A DNA stretch of 64,000 bases from Eledone cirrhosa. Taxonomy: Eukaryota. This document shows, piece after piece, positions 25,801-39,844 of the stretch. The notes under the pieces are model-generated. The model was not told the DNA's origin, searched no databases, and worked only from the letters and a program-made list of their open reading frames with translations. Position 1 is the first letter of the stretch. Each line of letters opens with the position of its first letter. The position numbers and the translations under genes are program-made. Location: contig OZ024764.1 in NCBI GenBank assembly GCA_964016885.1, forward strand, positions 26,722,001 through 26,786,000, in the 5' to 3' direction.

Positions 25801-28800
25801 ACGAGAGAGAGAGGAATAGAGAGATGGAACGAGAGAGAGGAAGACAGATATGAAACGAGAGAGAGAGAGAGCGAGATGAAACGAGAGAGAGGAAGAGAGA
25901 GAGCGCGAGATGAAACGAGAAAGAGAGAGCGAGATGAAACGAGAGAGAGAGAGCGAGATGAAACGAGAGAGAGAGAGCGAGATGAAACGAGAGAGAGGAA
26001 GAGAGAGAGCGCGAGATGAAAGTCTGTCATGTAATGTTATGGACATATCTGCCCTTGGGGCTAATAATTGTCATGTAATGTTATGGACATATCTACCCTT
26101 GGGGCTAATAATTGTCATGTAATGTTATGTACATCTCTGCCCCTGTGGCAAATAATTCTGTCATGTAATGTTATGGACATCTCTGTCCCTGTGGCTAATA
26201 ATTATGTCATGTAATGTTATGGACATCTCTGCCCCTGTGGCTAATAATTCTGTCATGTAATGTTATGGACATCTCTGTCCCTGTGGCTAATAAATTTGTC
26301 ATGTAATGTTATGGACATCTCTGCCCCTGTGGCTAATAAATCTGTCATGTAATGTTATGGACATCTCTGCCACTGTGGCTAATAATTCTGACATGTAATG
26401 TTATGGATATCTCTGCCCCTGTGGCTAATAATTCTGAGAGAGATGAAACAAGTGAGGGATAAGAGAGAGATGAAACAAGTGAGGGATTAGAGTGTTGAAA
26501 CAAGAGAGAGAGAGGAAGAGAGAGTGAGAGCGAGATCAAACGAGAGAGAGAGAGCGAGATGAAATGAGAGAGTGAGAGCGAGATGAAACGAGAGAGAGAG
26601 AGCGAGATGAAATGAGAGAGAGAGAGCGAGATGAAATGAGAGAGAGAGAGCGAGATGAAACGAGACAGAGAGAGCGAGGTGAAACGAGAGAGAGAGAGAG
26701 CGAAATGAAACGAGACAGATTAGAGCGAGATGAAACGAGAGAGAGAGAGCGAGATGAAATGAGAGAGAGAGAGCGAGATGAAACGAGAGAGTGAGAGCTA
26801 GAGGAAACGATAGAGAGAGGAAATGAGAGAGAGAGGAAACGAGAGAGAGGATACGAGAGAGAGGAAACGAGAGTAGAGAGCGAGATGAAACAGGAGAGAG
26901 AGAGCGAGATGAAACAGGAGAGAGAGAGCGAGATGAAACGAGAGGGAGAGAGAGATGAAACGAGAGAGCGAGAGAGAGATAGAGGGAGATGAAACGACAG
27001 AGAGAGAGACAGATGAAACAAGTGAGGGATAAGAGAGAGATGAAACAAGTGAGGGATTAGAGTGTTGAAACAAGAGAGAGAGAGGAAGAGAGAGTGAGAG
27101 CGAGATCAAACGAGAGAGAGAGAGCGAGATGAAATGAGAGATTGAGAGTGAGATGAAACGAGAGAGTGAGAGAGAGCGAGATGAAATGAGAGAGAGAGAG
27201 CGAGATGAAATGAGAGAGAGAGAGCGAGATGAAATGAGAGAGAGAGAGCGAGATGAAACGAGACAGAGAGAGCGGGATGAAACGAGACAGAGAGATCGAG
27301 ATGAAATGAGAGAGAGAGAGCGAGATGAAATGAGAGAGTGAGAGCGAGATCAAACGAGAGAGAGAGAGCGAGATGAAATGAGAGAGTGAGAGCGAGATGA
27401 AACGAGAGAGAGAGAGCGAGATGAAATGAGAGAGCGAGAGCGAGATGAAATGAGAGAGAGAGAGCGAGATGAAACGAGACAGAGAGAGCGAGATGAAACG
27501 AAAGAGAGAGAGAGCGAAATGAAACGAGACAGATTAGAGCAAGATGAAACGAGAGAGAGAGAGCGAGATGAAATGAGAGAGAGAGAGCGAGATGAAACGA
27601 GAGAGTGAGAGCTAGAGGAAACGAGAGAGAGAGGAAACGAGAGTAGAGAGCGAGATGAAACAGGAGAGAGAGAGCGAGATGAAACAGGAGAGAGAGAGCG
27701 AGATGAAACAGGAGAGAGAGAGCGAGATGAAACAGGAGAGAGAGAGCGAGATGAAACGAGAGGGAGAGAGAGATGAAACGAGAGAGCGAGAGAGAGATAG
27801 AGGGAGATGAAACGACAGAGAGAGAGACAGATGAAACGAGGGAGATAGAGATGAAACGAGAGAGAGAGATGAAACGAGAGAGAGGAAGAGAGAGATGGAA
27901 CGAGAGAGAGGAAGAGAGAGATGAAACGAGAGAGAGAGAGAGCGAGATGAAACGAGAGAGAGGAAGAGAGAGAACGCGAGATGAAACGAGAGAGAGAGAG
28001 AGCAAGATGAAACGAGAGAGAGGAAGAGAGAGAGCGCAAGATGAAACGAGAGAGAGAGAGCGCGAGATGAAAGTCTGTCATGTAATGTTATGGACACATC
28101 TGCCCTTGGGGCTAATAATTGTCATGTAATGTTATGGAAATCTCTGCCCCTGTGGCTAATAATTCTGTCATGTAATGTTATGGACATCTCTGCCCCTGTG
28201 GCTAATAATTCTGTCATGTAATGTTATGGACATCTCTGCCCCTGTGGCTAATAAATCTGTCATGTAATGTTATGGACATCTCTGCCCCTGTGGCTAATAA
28301 TTCTGACATGTAATGTTATGGACATCTCTGCCCCTGTGGCTAATAAATATGACATGTAATGTTATGGACATCTCTGCCCCTGTGGCTAATAAATCTGTCA
28401 TGTAATGTTATGGACATCTCTGCCCCTGTGGCTAATAATTCTGACATGTAATGTTATGGACATCTCTGCCCCTGTGGCTAATAATTCTGAGATAGATGAA
28501 ACAAGTGAGGGATTAGATAGAGATGAAACAAGTGAGGGATTAGAGTGTTGAAACAAGAGAGAGAGAGGAAGAGAGAGTGAAAGCGAAATCAAACGAGAGA
28601 GAGCGAGATGAAATGAGAGAGTGAGAGCGAGATGAAACGAGAGAGAGAGAGAGAGCGAGATGAAATGAGAGAGAGAGAGCGAGATGAAATGAAAGAGAGA
28701 GAGCGAGATGAAACGAGACAGAGAGAGCGGGATGAAACGAGACAGAGAGAGCAAGAGCGAGATGAAACGAGACAGAGAGAGCGAGATGAAACGAGAGAGA

Positions 28801-31800
28801 GAGAGCGAGATGAAATGAGAGAGAGAGAGCGAGATGAAATGAGAGAGAGAGAGCGAGATGAAACGAGAGAGTGAGAGCGAGATGGAACGAGACAGAGAGA
28901 GCGAGATGAAACGAGAGTGGGAGAGCTAGATGAAACGAGAGAGAGAGGAAACGAGAGAGACGAAACGAGAGAGAGGAAACGAGAGTAGAGAGCGAGATGA
29001 AACAGGAGAGAGAGAGCGAGATGAAACAGGAGAGAGAGAGCGAGATGAAACGAGAGGGAGAGAGAGATGAAACGAGAGAGCGAGAGAGAGATAGAGGGAG
29101 ATGAAACGACAGAGAGAGATACAGATGAAACGAGGGAGATAGACATGAAACGAGAGAGAGAGATGAAACGAGAGAGAGGAAGAGAGAGATGGAACGAGAA
29201 AGAGGAAGAGAGAGATGGAACGAGAGAGAGGAAGACAGAGATGAAACGAGAGAGAGAGAGAGCAAGATGAAACGAGAGAGAGAGATGTAACGAGAGAGAG
29301 GAAGAGAGAAATGGAACGAGCGAGAGGAAGACAGAGATGAAACGAGACAGAGAGAGATCGAGATGAAACGAGAGAGAGGAAGAGAGAGAGCGCAAGATGA
29401 AACGAGAGAGAGAGAGAGAGCGAGATGAAACGAGAGAGAGGAAGAGAGAGAGCGCGAGATGAAACAAGAGAGAGGAAGAGAGAGAGCGCGAGATGAAATG
29501 AGAGAGAGAGAGCGAGATGAAATGAGAGATTGAGAGTGAGATGAAACGAGAGAGTGAGAGAGAGCGAGATGAAATGACAGAGAGAGAGCGAGATGAAATG
29601 AGAGAGAGAGAGCGAGATGAAACGAGACAGAGAGAGCGGGATGAAACGAGACAGAGAGATCGAGATGAAATGAGAGAGAGAGAGCGAGATGAAATGAGAG
29701 AGAGAGAGCGAGATGAAACGAGAGAGTGAGAGCGAGATGGAACGAGTCAGAGAGAGCGAGATGAAACGAGAGAGTGAGAGCTAGATGAAACGAGAGAGAG
29801 AGGAAACGAGAGAGAGAGGAAACGAGAGAGAGGAAACGAGAGAGAGGAAACGAGAGTAGAGAGCAAGATGAAACAGGAGAGAGAGAGAGCGAGATGAAAC
29901 CGGAGAGAGAGAGCGAGATGAAACGAGTGGGAGGGAGAGATGAAACGAGAGAGCGAGAGAGAGATAGAGGGAGATGAAACGAGAGAGTGATAGCTAGATG
30001 AAACGAGAGAGAGAGGAATAGAGAGATGGAACGAGAGAGAGGAAGACAGATATGAAACGAGAGAGAGAGAGCGAGATGAAATGAGAGAGAGGAAGAGAGA
30101 GAGCGCGAGATGAAACGAGAGAGAGAGCGAGATGAAACGAGAGAGAGAGAGAGCGAGATGAAACGAGAGAGAGGAAGAGAGAGAGCGCGAGATGAAAGTC
30201 TGTCATGTAATGTTATGGACATATCTGCCCCTGGGGCTAATAATTGTCATGTAATGTTATGGACATATCTGCCCTTGGGGCTAATAATTGTCATGTAATG
30301 TTATGTACATCTCTGCCCCTGTGGCAAATAATTCTGTCATGTAATATTATGGACATCTCTGTCCCTGTGGCTAATAATTATGTCATGTAATGTTATGGAC
30401 ATCTCTGCCCCTGTGGCTAATAATTCTGTCATGTAATGTTATGGACATCTCTGCCCCTGTGGCTAATAAATTCGTCATGTAATGTTATGGACATCTCTGC
30501 CCCTGTGGCTGATAAATCTGTCATGTAATGTTATGGACATCTCTGCCCCTGTGGCTAATAATTCTGACATGTAATGTTATGGATATCTCTGCCCCTGTGG
30601 CTTATAATTCTGAGAGAGATGAAACAAGTGAGGGATAAGAGAGAGATGAAACAAGTGAGGGATTAGAGTGTTGAAACAAGAGAGAGAGAGGAAGAGAGAG
30701 TGAGAGCGAGATCAAACGAGAGAGAGAGAGCGAGATGAAATGAGAGAGTGAGAGCGAGATGAAACGAGAGAGAGAGAGCGAGATGAAATGAGAGAGAGAG
30801 AGCGAGATGAAATGAGAGAGAGAGAGCGAGATGAAACGAGACAGAGAGAGCGAGATGAAACGAGAGAGAGAGAGAGCGAAATGAAACGAGACAGATTAGA
30901 GCGAGATGAAACGAGAGAGAGAGAGCGAGATGAAACGAGAGAGAGAGAGCGAGATGAAACGAGAGAGTGAGAGCTAGAGGAAACGAGAGTAGAGAGCGAG
31001 ATGAAACAGGAGAGAGAGAGCGAGATGAAACAGGAGAGAGAGAGCGAGATGAAACGAGAGGGAGAGAGAGATGAAACGAGAGAGCGAGAGAGAGATAGAG
31101 GGAGATGAAACGACAGAGAGAGAGACAGATGAAACGAGGGAGATAGAGATGAAACGAGAGAGAGAGATGAAACGAGAGAGAGGAAGAGAGAGATGGAACG
31201 AGAGAGAGGAAGAGAGAGATGGAACGAGAGAGAGGAAGACAGAGATGAAACGAGAGAGAGAGAGAGCGAGATGAAACGAGAGAGAGGAAGAGAGAGAACG
31301 CGAGATGAAACGAGAGAGAGAGCAAGATGAAACGAGAGAGAGGAAGAGAGAGCGCAAGATGAAACGAGAGAGAGAGAGCGTGAGATGAAAGTCTGTCATG
31401 TAATGTTATGGACATATCTGCCCTTGGGGCTAATAATTGTCATGTAATGTTATGGAAATCTCTGCCCCTGTGGCTAATAATTCTGTCATGTAATGTTATG
31501 GACATCTCTGCCCCTGTGGCTAATAATTCTGTCATGTAATGTTATGAACATCTCTGCCCCTGTGGCTAATAAATCTGTCATGTAATGTTATGGACATCTC
31601 TGCCCCTGTGGCTAATAATTCTGACATGTAATGTTATGGACATCTCTGCCCCTGTGGCTAATAAATATGACATGTAATGTTATGGACATCTCTGCCCCTG
31701 TGGCTAATAAATCTGTCATGTAATGTTATGGACATCTCTGCCCCTGTGGCTAATAATTCTGACATGTAATGTTATGGACATCTCTGCCCCTGTGGCTAAT

Positions 31801-31900
31801 AAATCTGTCATGTAATGTTATGGACATCTCTGCCCCTGTGGCTAATAATTCTGACATGTAATGTTATGGACATCTCTGCCCCTGTGGCTAATAATTCTGA
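13849..31900 (-). repeat. Composite satellite array, inverted (GA-rich) orientation; ~10 46-mer clusters, units up to ~2.1 kb
   Basis: Reverse complement of the same elements: GATGAAACGAGAGAG tracts, ATGTAATGTTATGGACATCTCTGCCCCTGTGGCTAATAATTCTG monomers and the GTGAGGGATTAGAGTGTTGAAAC cap. Confidence 0.97.
16435..30720 (-). repeat. ~7.24-7.28 kb near-identical tandem duplication inside the satellite (~16435-23440 and ~23671-30720)
   Basis: Identical or near-identical ORF-track translations recur at offsets 7234-7282: 17599/24833, 18311/25545, 19775/27057, 21258/28540, 22712/29994. Confidence 0.9.
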
Positions 31901-31910
31901 TTTATTAGCC
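31886..31910. other. Fold-back inversion junction between - and + arrays
   Basis: GGCTAATAA-TTCTGAT-TTATTAGCC, with inverted 46-mer arrays on both sides (~31393-31900 and 31901-32173). Confidence 0.95.
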
Positions 31911-34900
31911 ACAGGGGCAGAGATGTCCATAACATTACATGACAGAATTATTAGCCACAGGGGCAGAGATGTCCATAACATTACATGTCAGAATTATTAG
32001 CCACAGGGGCAGAGATGTCCATAACATTACATGTCAGAATTATTAGCCACAGGGGCAGAGATGTCCATAACATTACATGACAGAATTATTAGCCACAGGG
32101 GCAGAGATGACCATAACATTACATGACAATTATTAGCCACAGGGTCAGATATGTCAATAACATTACATGACAGAGTTTCATCTTGCGCGCTCTCTCTCTC
32201 GTTTCATCTCGCTCTCCCTCTCTCACGTTTCGTCTCTGTCTTCCTCTCTCTCGTTTCATCTCGCTCTCTCTCTCTCTCGTTTCATCTCTGTCTTCCTCTC
32301 TCTCGTTCCATCTCTCACTTCCTCTCTCTCGTTCCATCTCTCTCTTCCTCTCTCTCGTTTCATCTCGCTCTCCCTCTCTCTCGTTTCATCTCTGTCTCTC
32401 TCTCTGTCGTTTCATCTCACGCTCTCTCTCTCTCTCTCGTTTCATCTTGCGCTCTCTCTCTCTCTCGTTTCGTCTTGCTCTCTCTCTCTCTCGTTTCATC
32501 TCTGTCTTCCTCTCTCTCGTTCCATCTCTCTCTTCCTCTCTCTCGTTCCATCTCTCTCATCCTCTCTCTCGTTTCATCTCTATCTCCCTCCTTTCATCTG
32601 TCTCTCTCTCTCTCGTTTCATCTTGCGCTCTCTCTCTCTCGTTTCATCTCGCTCTCTCTCTCGTTTCATCTCTGTCTTCCTCTCTCTCGTTCCATCTCTC
32701 TCTTCCTCTCTCTCGTTCCATCTCTCTCTTCCTCTCTCTCGTTTCATCTCTATCTCCCTTCTTTCATCTGTCTCGCTCTCTGTAGTTTCATCTCGCGCTC
32801 TCTCTCTCTCGTTTCATGTCGCGCTCTCTCTCTCTCGTTTCATCTCGCTCTCTCTCTCTCGTTTCATCTCTGTCTTCCTCTCTCTCGTGCCATCTCTCTC
32901 TTCCTCTCTCTCGTTCCATCTCTCTCTTCCTCTCTCTCGTTTCATCTCTATCTCCCTTGTTTCATCTCTCTCTCGCTCTCTCGTTTCATCTCTCTCTCCC
33001 TCTCGTTTCATCTCGCTCTCTCTCTCCTGTTTCATCTCGCTCTCTCTCTCTCGTTTCATCTCTGTCTTCCTCTCTCTCGTTCCATCTCTGTCTTCCTCTC
33101 TCTCGTTCCATCTCTCTCTTCCTCTCCCTCGTTTCATCTCTCTCTCGCTCTCTCGTTTCATCTCTCTCTCCCTCTCATTTCATCTCGCTCTCTCTCTCCT
33201 GTTTCATCTCGCTCTCTACTCTCGTTTCCTCTCTCTCTCCCTCCCGTTTCATCTCGCTCTCTCTCTCTCATTTCATCTCGCTCTCTCTCTCTCTCGTTTC
33301 ATCTCGCTCTCCCTCTCTCGTTTCATCCCGCTCTCACTCTCTCATTTCTTCTCGCTCTCTCTCTCTTGTTTCAACACTCTAATCCCTCACTTGTTTACTA
33401 TCTCTCAGAATTATTAGCCACAGGGACAGAGATGACCATAACATTACATGTCAGAATTATTAGCCACAAGGGCAGAGATGTCCATAACATTACATGACAG
33501 AATTATTAGCCACAGGGGCAGAGATGACCATAACATTACATGAAAATTATTAGCCACAGGGGCAGATATGTCAATAACATTACATGACAGAGTTTCATCT
33601 CGCGCTCTCTCTCTCTCGTTTCATCTTGCGCTCTCTCTCTCTCTCGTTTCATCTTGCTCTCTCTCTCGTTTCATCTCTGTCTTCCTCTCTCTCGTTCCAT
33701 CTCTCTCTTCCTCTCCCTCGTTCCATCTCTCTCATCCTCTCTCTCGTTTCATCTCTATCTCCCTCCTTTCATCTGTCTCTCTCTCTGTCGTTTCATCTCG
33801 CGCTCTCTCTCTCTCGTTTCATCTCTATCTCCCTCGTTTCATCTCTCTCTCCCGCTCGTTTCTTCTCGCTCTCTCTCTCCTGTTTCATCTCGCTCTCTAC
33901 TCTCGTTTCCTCTCTCTCATTTCCTCTCTCTCTCGTTTCATCTCTGTCTCGTTTCATCTCGCTCTCTCTCTTTCTCGTTTGATCTCGCTCTCACTCTCTC
34001 GTTTCATCTCGCTTCTCTCACTCTCTTGTTTCATCTCGCTCTCTCTCTCTCTTCCTCTCTCTCTCTTGTTTCAACACTCTAATCCCTCACTTGTTTTATC
34101 TCTCTCTAATCCCTCACTTGGTTCATCTCTCTCAGAATTATTAGCCACAGGGGCAGAGATGTCCATAACATTGCATGTCAGAATTATTAGCCACAGGGCA
34201 GAGATGTCCATAACATTACGTCAGAATTATTAGCCACAGGGGCAGAGATGTCCATAACATTACATGTCAGAATTATTAGCCACAGGGGCAGAGATGTCCA
34301 TAACATTACATGACAGAATTATTAGCCACAGGGGCAGAGATGTCCATAACATTACATGTCAGAATTATTAGCCATAGGGGCAGAGATGTCCATAACATTA
34401 CATGACAATTATTAGCCCCAAGGGCAGATATGTCGATAACATTACATGAGAGAGTTTCATCTCGCGCTCTCTCTCTTCCTCTCTCTCGTTTCATCTCTGT
34501 CTTCCTCTCTCTCGTTCCATCTCCCTCTTCCTCTCTCTCGTTCCATCTCTCTCTTCCTCTCTCTCGTTTCATCTCTATCTCCCTCCTTTCATCTGTCTCT
34601 CTCTCTGTCGTTTCATCTCGCGCTCTCTCTCTCTCGTTTCATCTTGCACTCTCTCTCTCTCGTTTCATCTCGCTCTCTCTCTCTCTCGTTTCATCTATGT
34701 CTTCCTCTCTCTCTTCCTCTCTCTCGTTTCATCTCTATCTCCCTCGTTTCATCTCTCTCTCGCTCTCTCGTTTCATCTCTCTCTCCCTCTCGTTTCATCT
34801 CGCTCTCTACTCTCGTTTCCTCTCTGTCTCGTTCCATCCCGCTCTCTCTCTCTCTCATTACATCTCGCTCTCTCTGTCTCGTTTCATCTCGCTCTCACTC

Positions 34901-37900
34901 TCTCGTTTCAACACTCTAATCCCTCACTTGTTTTATCTCTCTCTAATCCCCCACTTGTTTCATCTCTCTCAGAATTATTAGCCACAGGGGGAGAGATGTC
35001 CATAACATTACATGTAAGAATTATTAGCCACAGGGGCAGAGATGTCCATAACATTACATGACAGAATTATTAGCCACAGGGCCAGTGATGTCCATAACAT
35101 TACATGACAATTATTAGCCCGAAGGGCAGATATGTCCATAACATTACATGACAGAGTTTCATCTCGCGCTCTCTCTCTTGCTCTCTCTCGTTTCATCTCG
35201 CTCTCTCTCTCTCTCGTTTCATCTCGCTCTCTCGTTTCATCTCGCTCTCTCTCGTTTCATCTCTGTCTTCCTCTCTCTCGTTCCATCTCTCTCTTCCTCT
35301 CTCTCGTTCCATCTCTCTCTTCCTCTCTCTCGTTCCATCTCTCTCTTCCTCTCTCTCGTTTCATTTCTATCTCCCTCCTTTCATCTGTCTCTCTCTCTGT
35401 CGTTTCATCTCGCGCTCTCTCTCTCTCGATTCATCTCGCGCTCTCTCTCTCTCGTTTCATCTCGCTCTCTCTCTCTCTCGTTTCATCTCTGTCTTCCTCT
35501 CTCTCGTTCCATCTCTCTCTTCCTCCCTCTCTTCCTCTCTCTCGTTTCATCACTATCTCCCTCGTTTCATCTCTCTCTCCCTCTCGTTTCATCTCGCTCT
35601 CTCTCTCCTGTTTCATCTCGCTCTCTACTCTCGTTTCCTCTCTGTCTCGTTCCATCCCGCTCTCTCTCTCTCTCATTACATCTCGCTCTCTCTGTCTCGT
35701 TTCATCTCGCTCTCTCTCTCTCTCGTTTCATCTCGCTCTCACTCTCTCGTTTCATCTCGCGTTTCATCTCACTCTCCCTGTCTCATTTCATCTCGCTCTC
35801 TCTCTCTCTCTTGTTTCAACACTCTAATCCCTCACTTGTTTTATCTCTCTCTAATCCCTCACTTGTTTCATCTCTCTCAGAATTATTAGCCACAGGGGCA
35901 GAGATGTCCATAACATTACATGTCAGAATTATTAGCCACAGGGCAGAGATGTCCATAACATTACATGTCAGAGTTATTAGCCACAGGGGCAGAGATGTCC
36001 ATAACATTACATGTCAGAATTATTAGCCACAGGGGCGGAGACGTCCATAACATTACATGACAGAATTATTAGCCACAGGGGCAGAGATGACCATAACATT
36101 ACATGACAATTATTAGCCACAGGGGCAGATATATCAATAACATTACATGATAGAGTTTCATCTCGCGCTCTCTCTCTCTCGTTTCATCTTGCTCTCTCTC
36201 TCTCTCGTTTCATCTCTGTCTTCCTCTCTCTCGTTCCATCTCTCTCTTCCTCTCTCTCGTTCCATCTCTCTCATCCTCTCTCTCGTTTCATCTCTATCTC
36301 CCTCCTTTCATCTGTCTCTCTCTCTGTCGTTTCATCTCGTGCTCTCTCTCTCTCGTTTCATCTCGCGCCCTCTCTGTCTCGTTTCATCTCGCTCTCTCTC
36401 TCTCTCGTTTCATCTCTGTCTTCCTCTCTCTCGTTCCATCTCTCTCTTCCTCTCTCTCTTCCTCTCTCTCGTTTCATCTCTATCTCCCTCGTTTCATCTC
36501 TCTCTCGCTCTCTCGTTTCATCTCTCTCTCCCTCTCGTTTCATCTCGCTCTCTACTCTCGTTTCCTCTCTGTCTCGTTCCATCCCGCTCTCTCTCTCTCA
36601 CATTACATCTCGCTCTCTCTGTCTCGTTTCATCTCGCTCTCTCTCTCTCTCGTTTCATCTCGATCTCACTCGCTCGTTTCATCTCGCTTCTCTCACTATT
36701 GCGTTTCATCTCGCTCTCCCTGTCTCATTTCATCTCGCTCTCTCTCTCTCTCTTCCTCTCTCTCTCTTGTTTCAACACTCTAATCCCTCACTTGTTTTAT
36801 CTCTCTCTAATCCCTCCCTTGTTTCATCTCTCTCAGAATTATTAGCCACTGGGGCAGAGATGTCCATAACATTACATGTCAGAGTTATTAGCCACAGGGG
36901 CAGAGATGTCCATAACATTACATGACAATTATTAGCCCCAAGGGCAGATATGTGCATAACATTACATGACAGAGTTTCATCTCGCGCTCTCTCTCTCTCG
37001 TTTCATCTCGCGCTCTCTCCCTTCCTCTCTCTCGTTTCATCTCGATCTCTCTCTCTCTCGTTTCACCCCTGTCTTTCATCTCTCTCTTCCTCTCTCTCGT
37101 TCCATCTCTCTCTTCCTCTCTCTCGTTTCATCTCTATCTCCCTCCTTTCATCTGTCTCTCTCTCTGTCGTTTCATCTCGCGCTCTCTCTCTCTCCTTTCA
37201 TCTCGTGCTCTCTCTCTCTCGTTTCATCTCGCTCTCTCTCTCTCTCGTTTCATCTCTGTCTTCCTCTCTCTCGTTCCATCTCTCTCTTCCTCTCTCTCTT
37301 CCTCTCTCTCGTTTCATCTCTATCTCCCTCGTTTCATCTCTCTCTCCCTCTCGTTTCATCTCGCTCTCTCTCTCCTGTTTCATCTCGCTCTCTACTCTCG
37401 TTTCCTCTCTCTCGTTTCCTCTCTGTCTCGTTCCATCCCGCTCTCTCTCTCTCTCATTACATCTCGCTCTCTCTGTCTCGTTTCATCTCGCTCTCTGTCT
37501 CTCTCGTTTCATCTCGCTCTCACTCTCTCGTTTCATCTCGCGTTTCATCTCACTCTCCCTGTCTCATTTCATCTCGCTCTCTCTCTCTCTTCCTCTCTCT
37601 CTCTTGTTTCAACACTCTAATCCCTCACTTGTTTTATCTCTCTCTAATCCCTCACTTGTTTCATCTCTCTCAGAATTATTAGCCACAGGGGCAGAGATGT
37701 CCATAACATTACATGTCAGAATTATTAGCCACAGGGCAGAGATGTCCATAACATTACATGTCAGAATTATTAGCCACAGGGGCAGAGATGTCCATAACAT
37801 TACATGTCAGAATTATTAGCCACAGGGTCGGAGACGTCCATAACATTACATGACAGAATTATTAGCCACAGGGGCAGAGATGACCATAACATTACATGAC

Positions 37901-39844
37901 AATTATTAGCCACAGGGGCAGATATATCAATAACATTACATGATAGAGTTTCATCTCGCGCTCTCTCTCTCTCTCGTTTCATCTTGCGCTCTCTCTCTCT
38001 CGTTTCATCTTGCTCTCTCTCTCTCTCGTTTCATCTCTGTCTTCCTCTCTCTCGTTCCATCTCTCTATTCCTCTCTCTCGTTCCATCTCTCTCATCCTCT
38101 CTCTCGTTTTATCTGTATCTCCCTCCTTCAATCTGTCTCTCTCTCTGTCGTTTCATCTCGTGCTCTCTCTCTCTCGTTTCATCTCGCGCTCTCTCTGTCT
38201 CGTTTCATCTCGCTCTCTCTCTCTCTCTCGTTTCATCTCTGTCTTCCTCTCTCTCGTTCCATCTCTCTCTTCCTCTTTCTCGTTCCATCTCTCTCTTCCT
38301 CTCTCTCGTTTCATCTCTATCTCCCTCGTTTCATCTCTCTCTCGTTTCATCTCTCTCTCCCTCTCGTTTCATCTCCCTCTCTACTCTCGTTTCATCTCTG
38401 TCTCGTTCCATCCCGCTCTCTCTCTCTCTCATTACATCTCGCTCTCTCTGTCTCGTTTCATCTCGATCTCTCTCGCTCTCGTTTCATCTCGCTCTCACTC
38501 TCTCGTTTCATCTCGCTTCTCTCACTATTGCGTTTCATCTCGCTCTCCCTGTCTCATTTCATCTCGCTCTCTCTCTCTCTCTTCCTCTTGTTTCAACACT
38601 CTAATCCCTCACTTGTTTTATTTCTCTCTAATCCCTCACTTGTTTCATCTCTCTCAGAATTATTAGCCACAGGGGCAGAGATGTCCATAACATTACATGT
38701 CAGAGTTATTAGCCACAGGGGCAGAGATGTCCATAACATTACATGACAATTATTAGCCCCAAGGGCAGATATGTCCATAACATTACATGACAGAGTTTCA
38801 TCTCGCGCTCTCTCTCTCTCGTTTCATCTCGCGCTCTCTCTCTTCCTCTCTCTCGTTTCATCTCGCTCTCTCTCTCTCTCGTTTCACCTCTGTCTTCCAT
38901 CTCTGTCTTCCTCTCTCTCGTTCCATCTCACTCTTCCTCTCTCTCATTTCATCTCTCTCTCTCTCGTTTCATCTGTCTCTCTCTCTGTCGTTTCATCTCC
39001 CTCTATCTCTCTCTCCCTCTCGTTTCATCTCGCTCTCTCTCTCCTGTTTCATCTCGCTCTCTCTCTCTCATTTCATCTCGCTCTCTCTCTCTCATTTCAT
39101 CTCGCTCTCTCTCTCTCGTTTCATCTCGCTCTCACTCTCTCGTTTCATCTCGCTCTCACTCTCTCGTTTCATCTCGCTCTCCCTGTCTCGTTTCATCTCG
39201 CTCACACTCTCTCATTTCATCTCGCTCTCTCTCTCTTCTTTCAACACTCTAATCCCTCACTTGTTTCATCTCTCTCAGAATTATTAGCCACAGGGGCAGA
39301 GATGTCCATAACATTACATGTCAGAATTATTAGCCACAGGGGCAGAGATGTCCATAACATCACATGTCAGAATTATTAGCCACAGGGGCAGAGATGTCCA
39401 TAACATTACATGTCAGAATTATTAGCCACAGGGGCAGAGATGTCCATAACATTACATGACAGATTTATTAGCCACAGGGGCAGAGATGTCCATAACATTA
39501 CATGGCAGATTTATTAGCCACAGGGGCAGAGATGTCCATAACATTACATGTCAGAATTATTAGCCACAGGGGCAGAGATGTCCATAACATTACATGACAG
39601 ATTTATTAGCCACAGGGGCAGAGATGTCCATAACATTACATGACAGATTTATTAGCCACAGGGGCAGAGATGTCTATAACATTACATGACATAATTATTA
39701 GCCACAGGGGCAGAGATGTCCATAACATTACATGACAGATTTATTAGCCATAGGGGCAGAGATGACCATAACATTACATGACAGAATTATTAGCCACAGG
39801 GGCAGAGATGTCCATAACATTACATGACAGAATTATTAGCCACA
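31901..39844 (+). repeat. Composite satellite array, CT-rich orientation
   Basis: Same unit structure; unit order and rare variants parallel 1-7700 (181/32816, 2934/36147, 3737/36966, 7035/38787). Confidence 0.97.

Noticed and set aside
31886-31910. Inversion as a single-read fold-back artefact
   Set aside because: Beyond the 46-mers the arms are different subfamilies and the same junction recurs with different flanking units; still worth confirming with reads.
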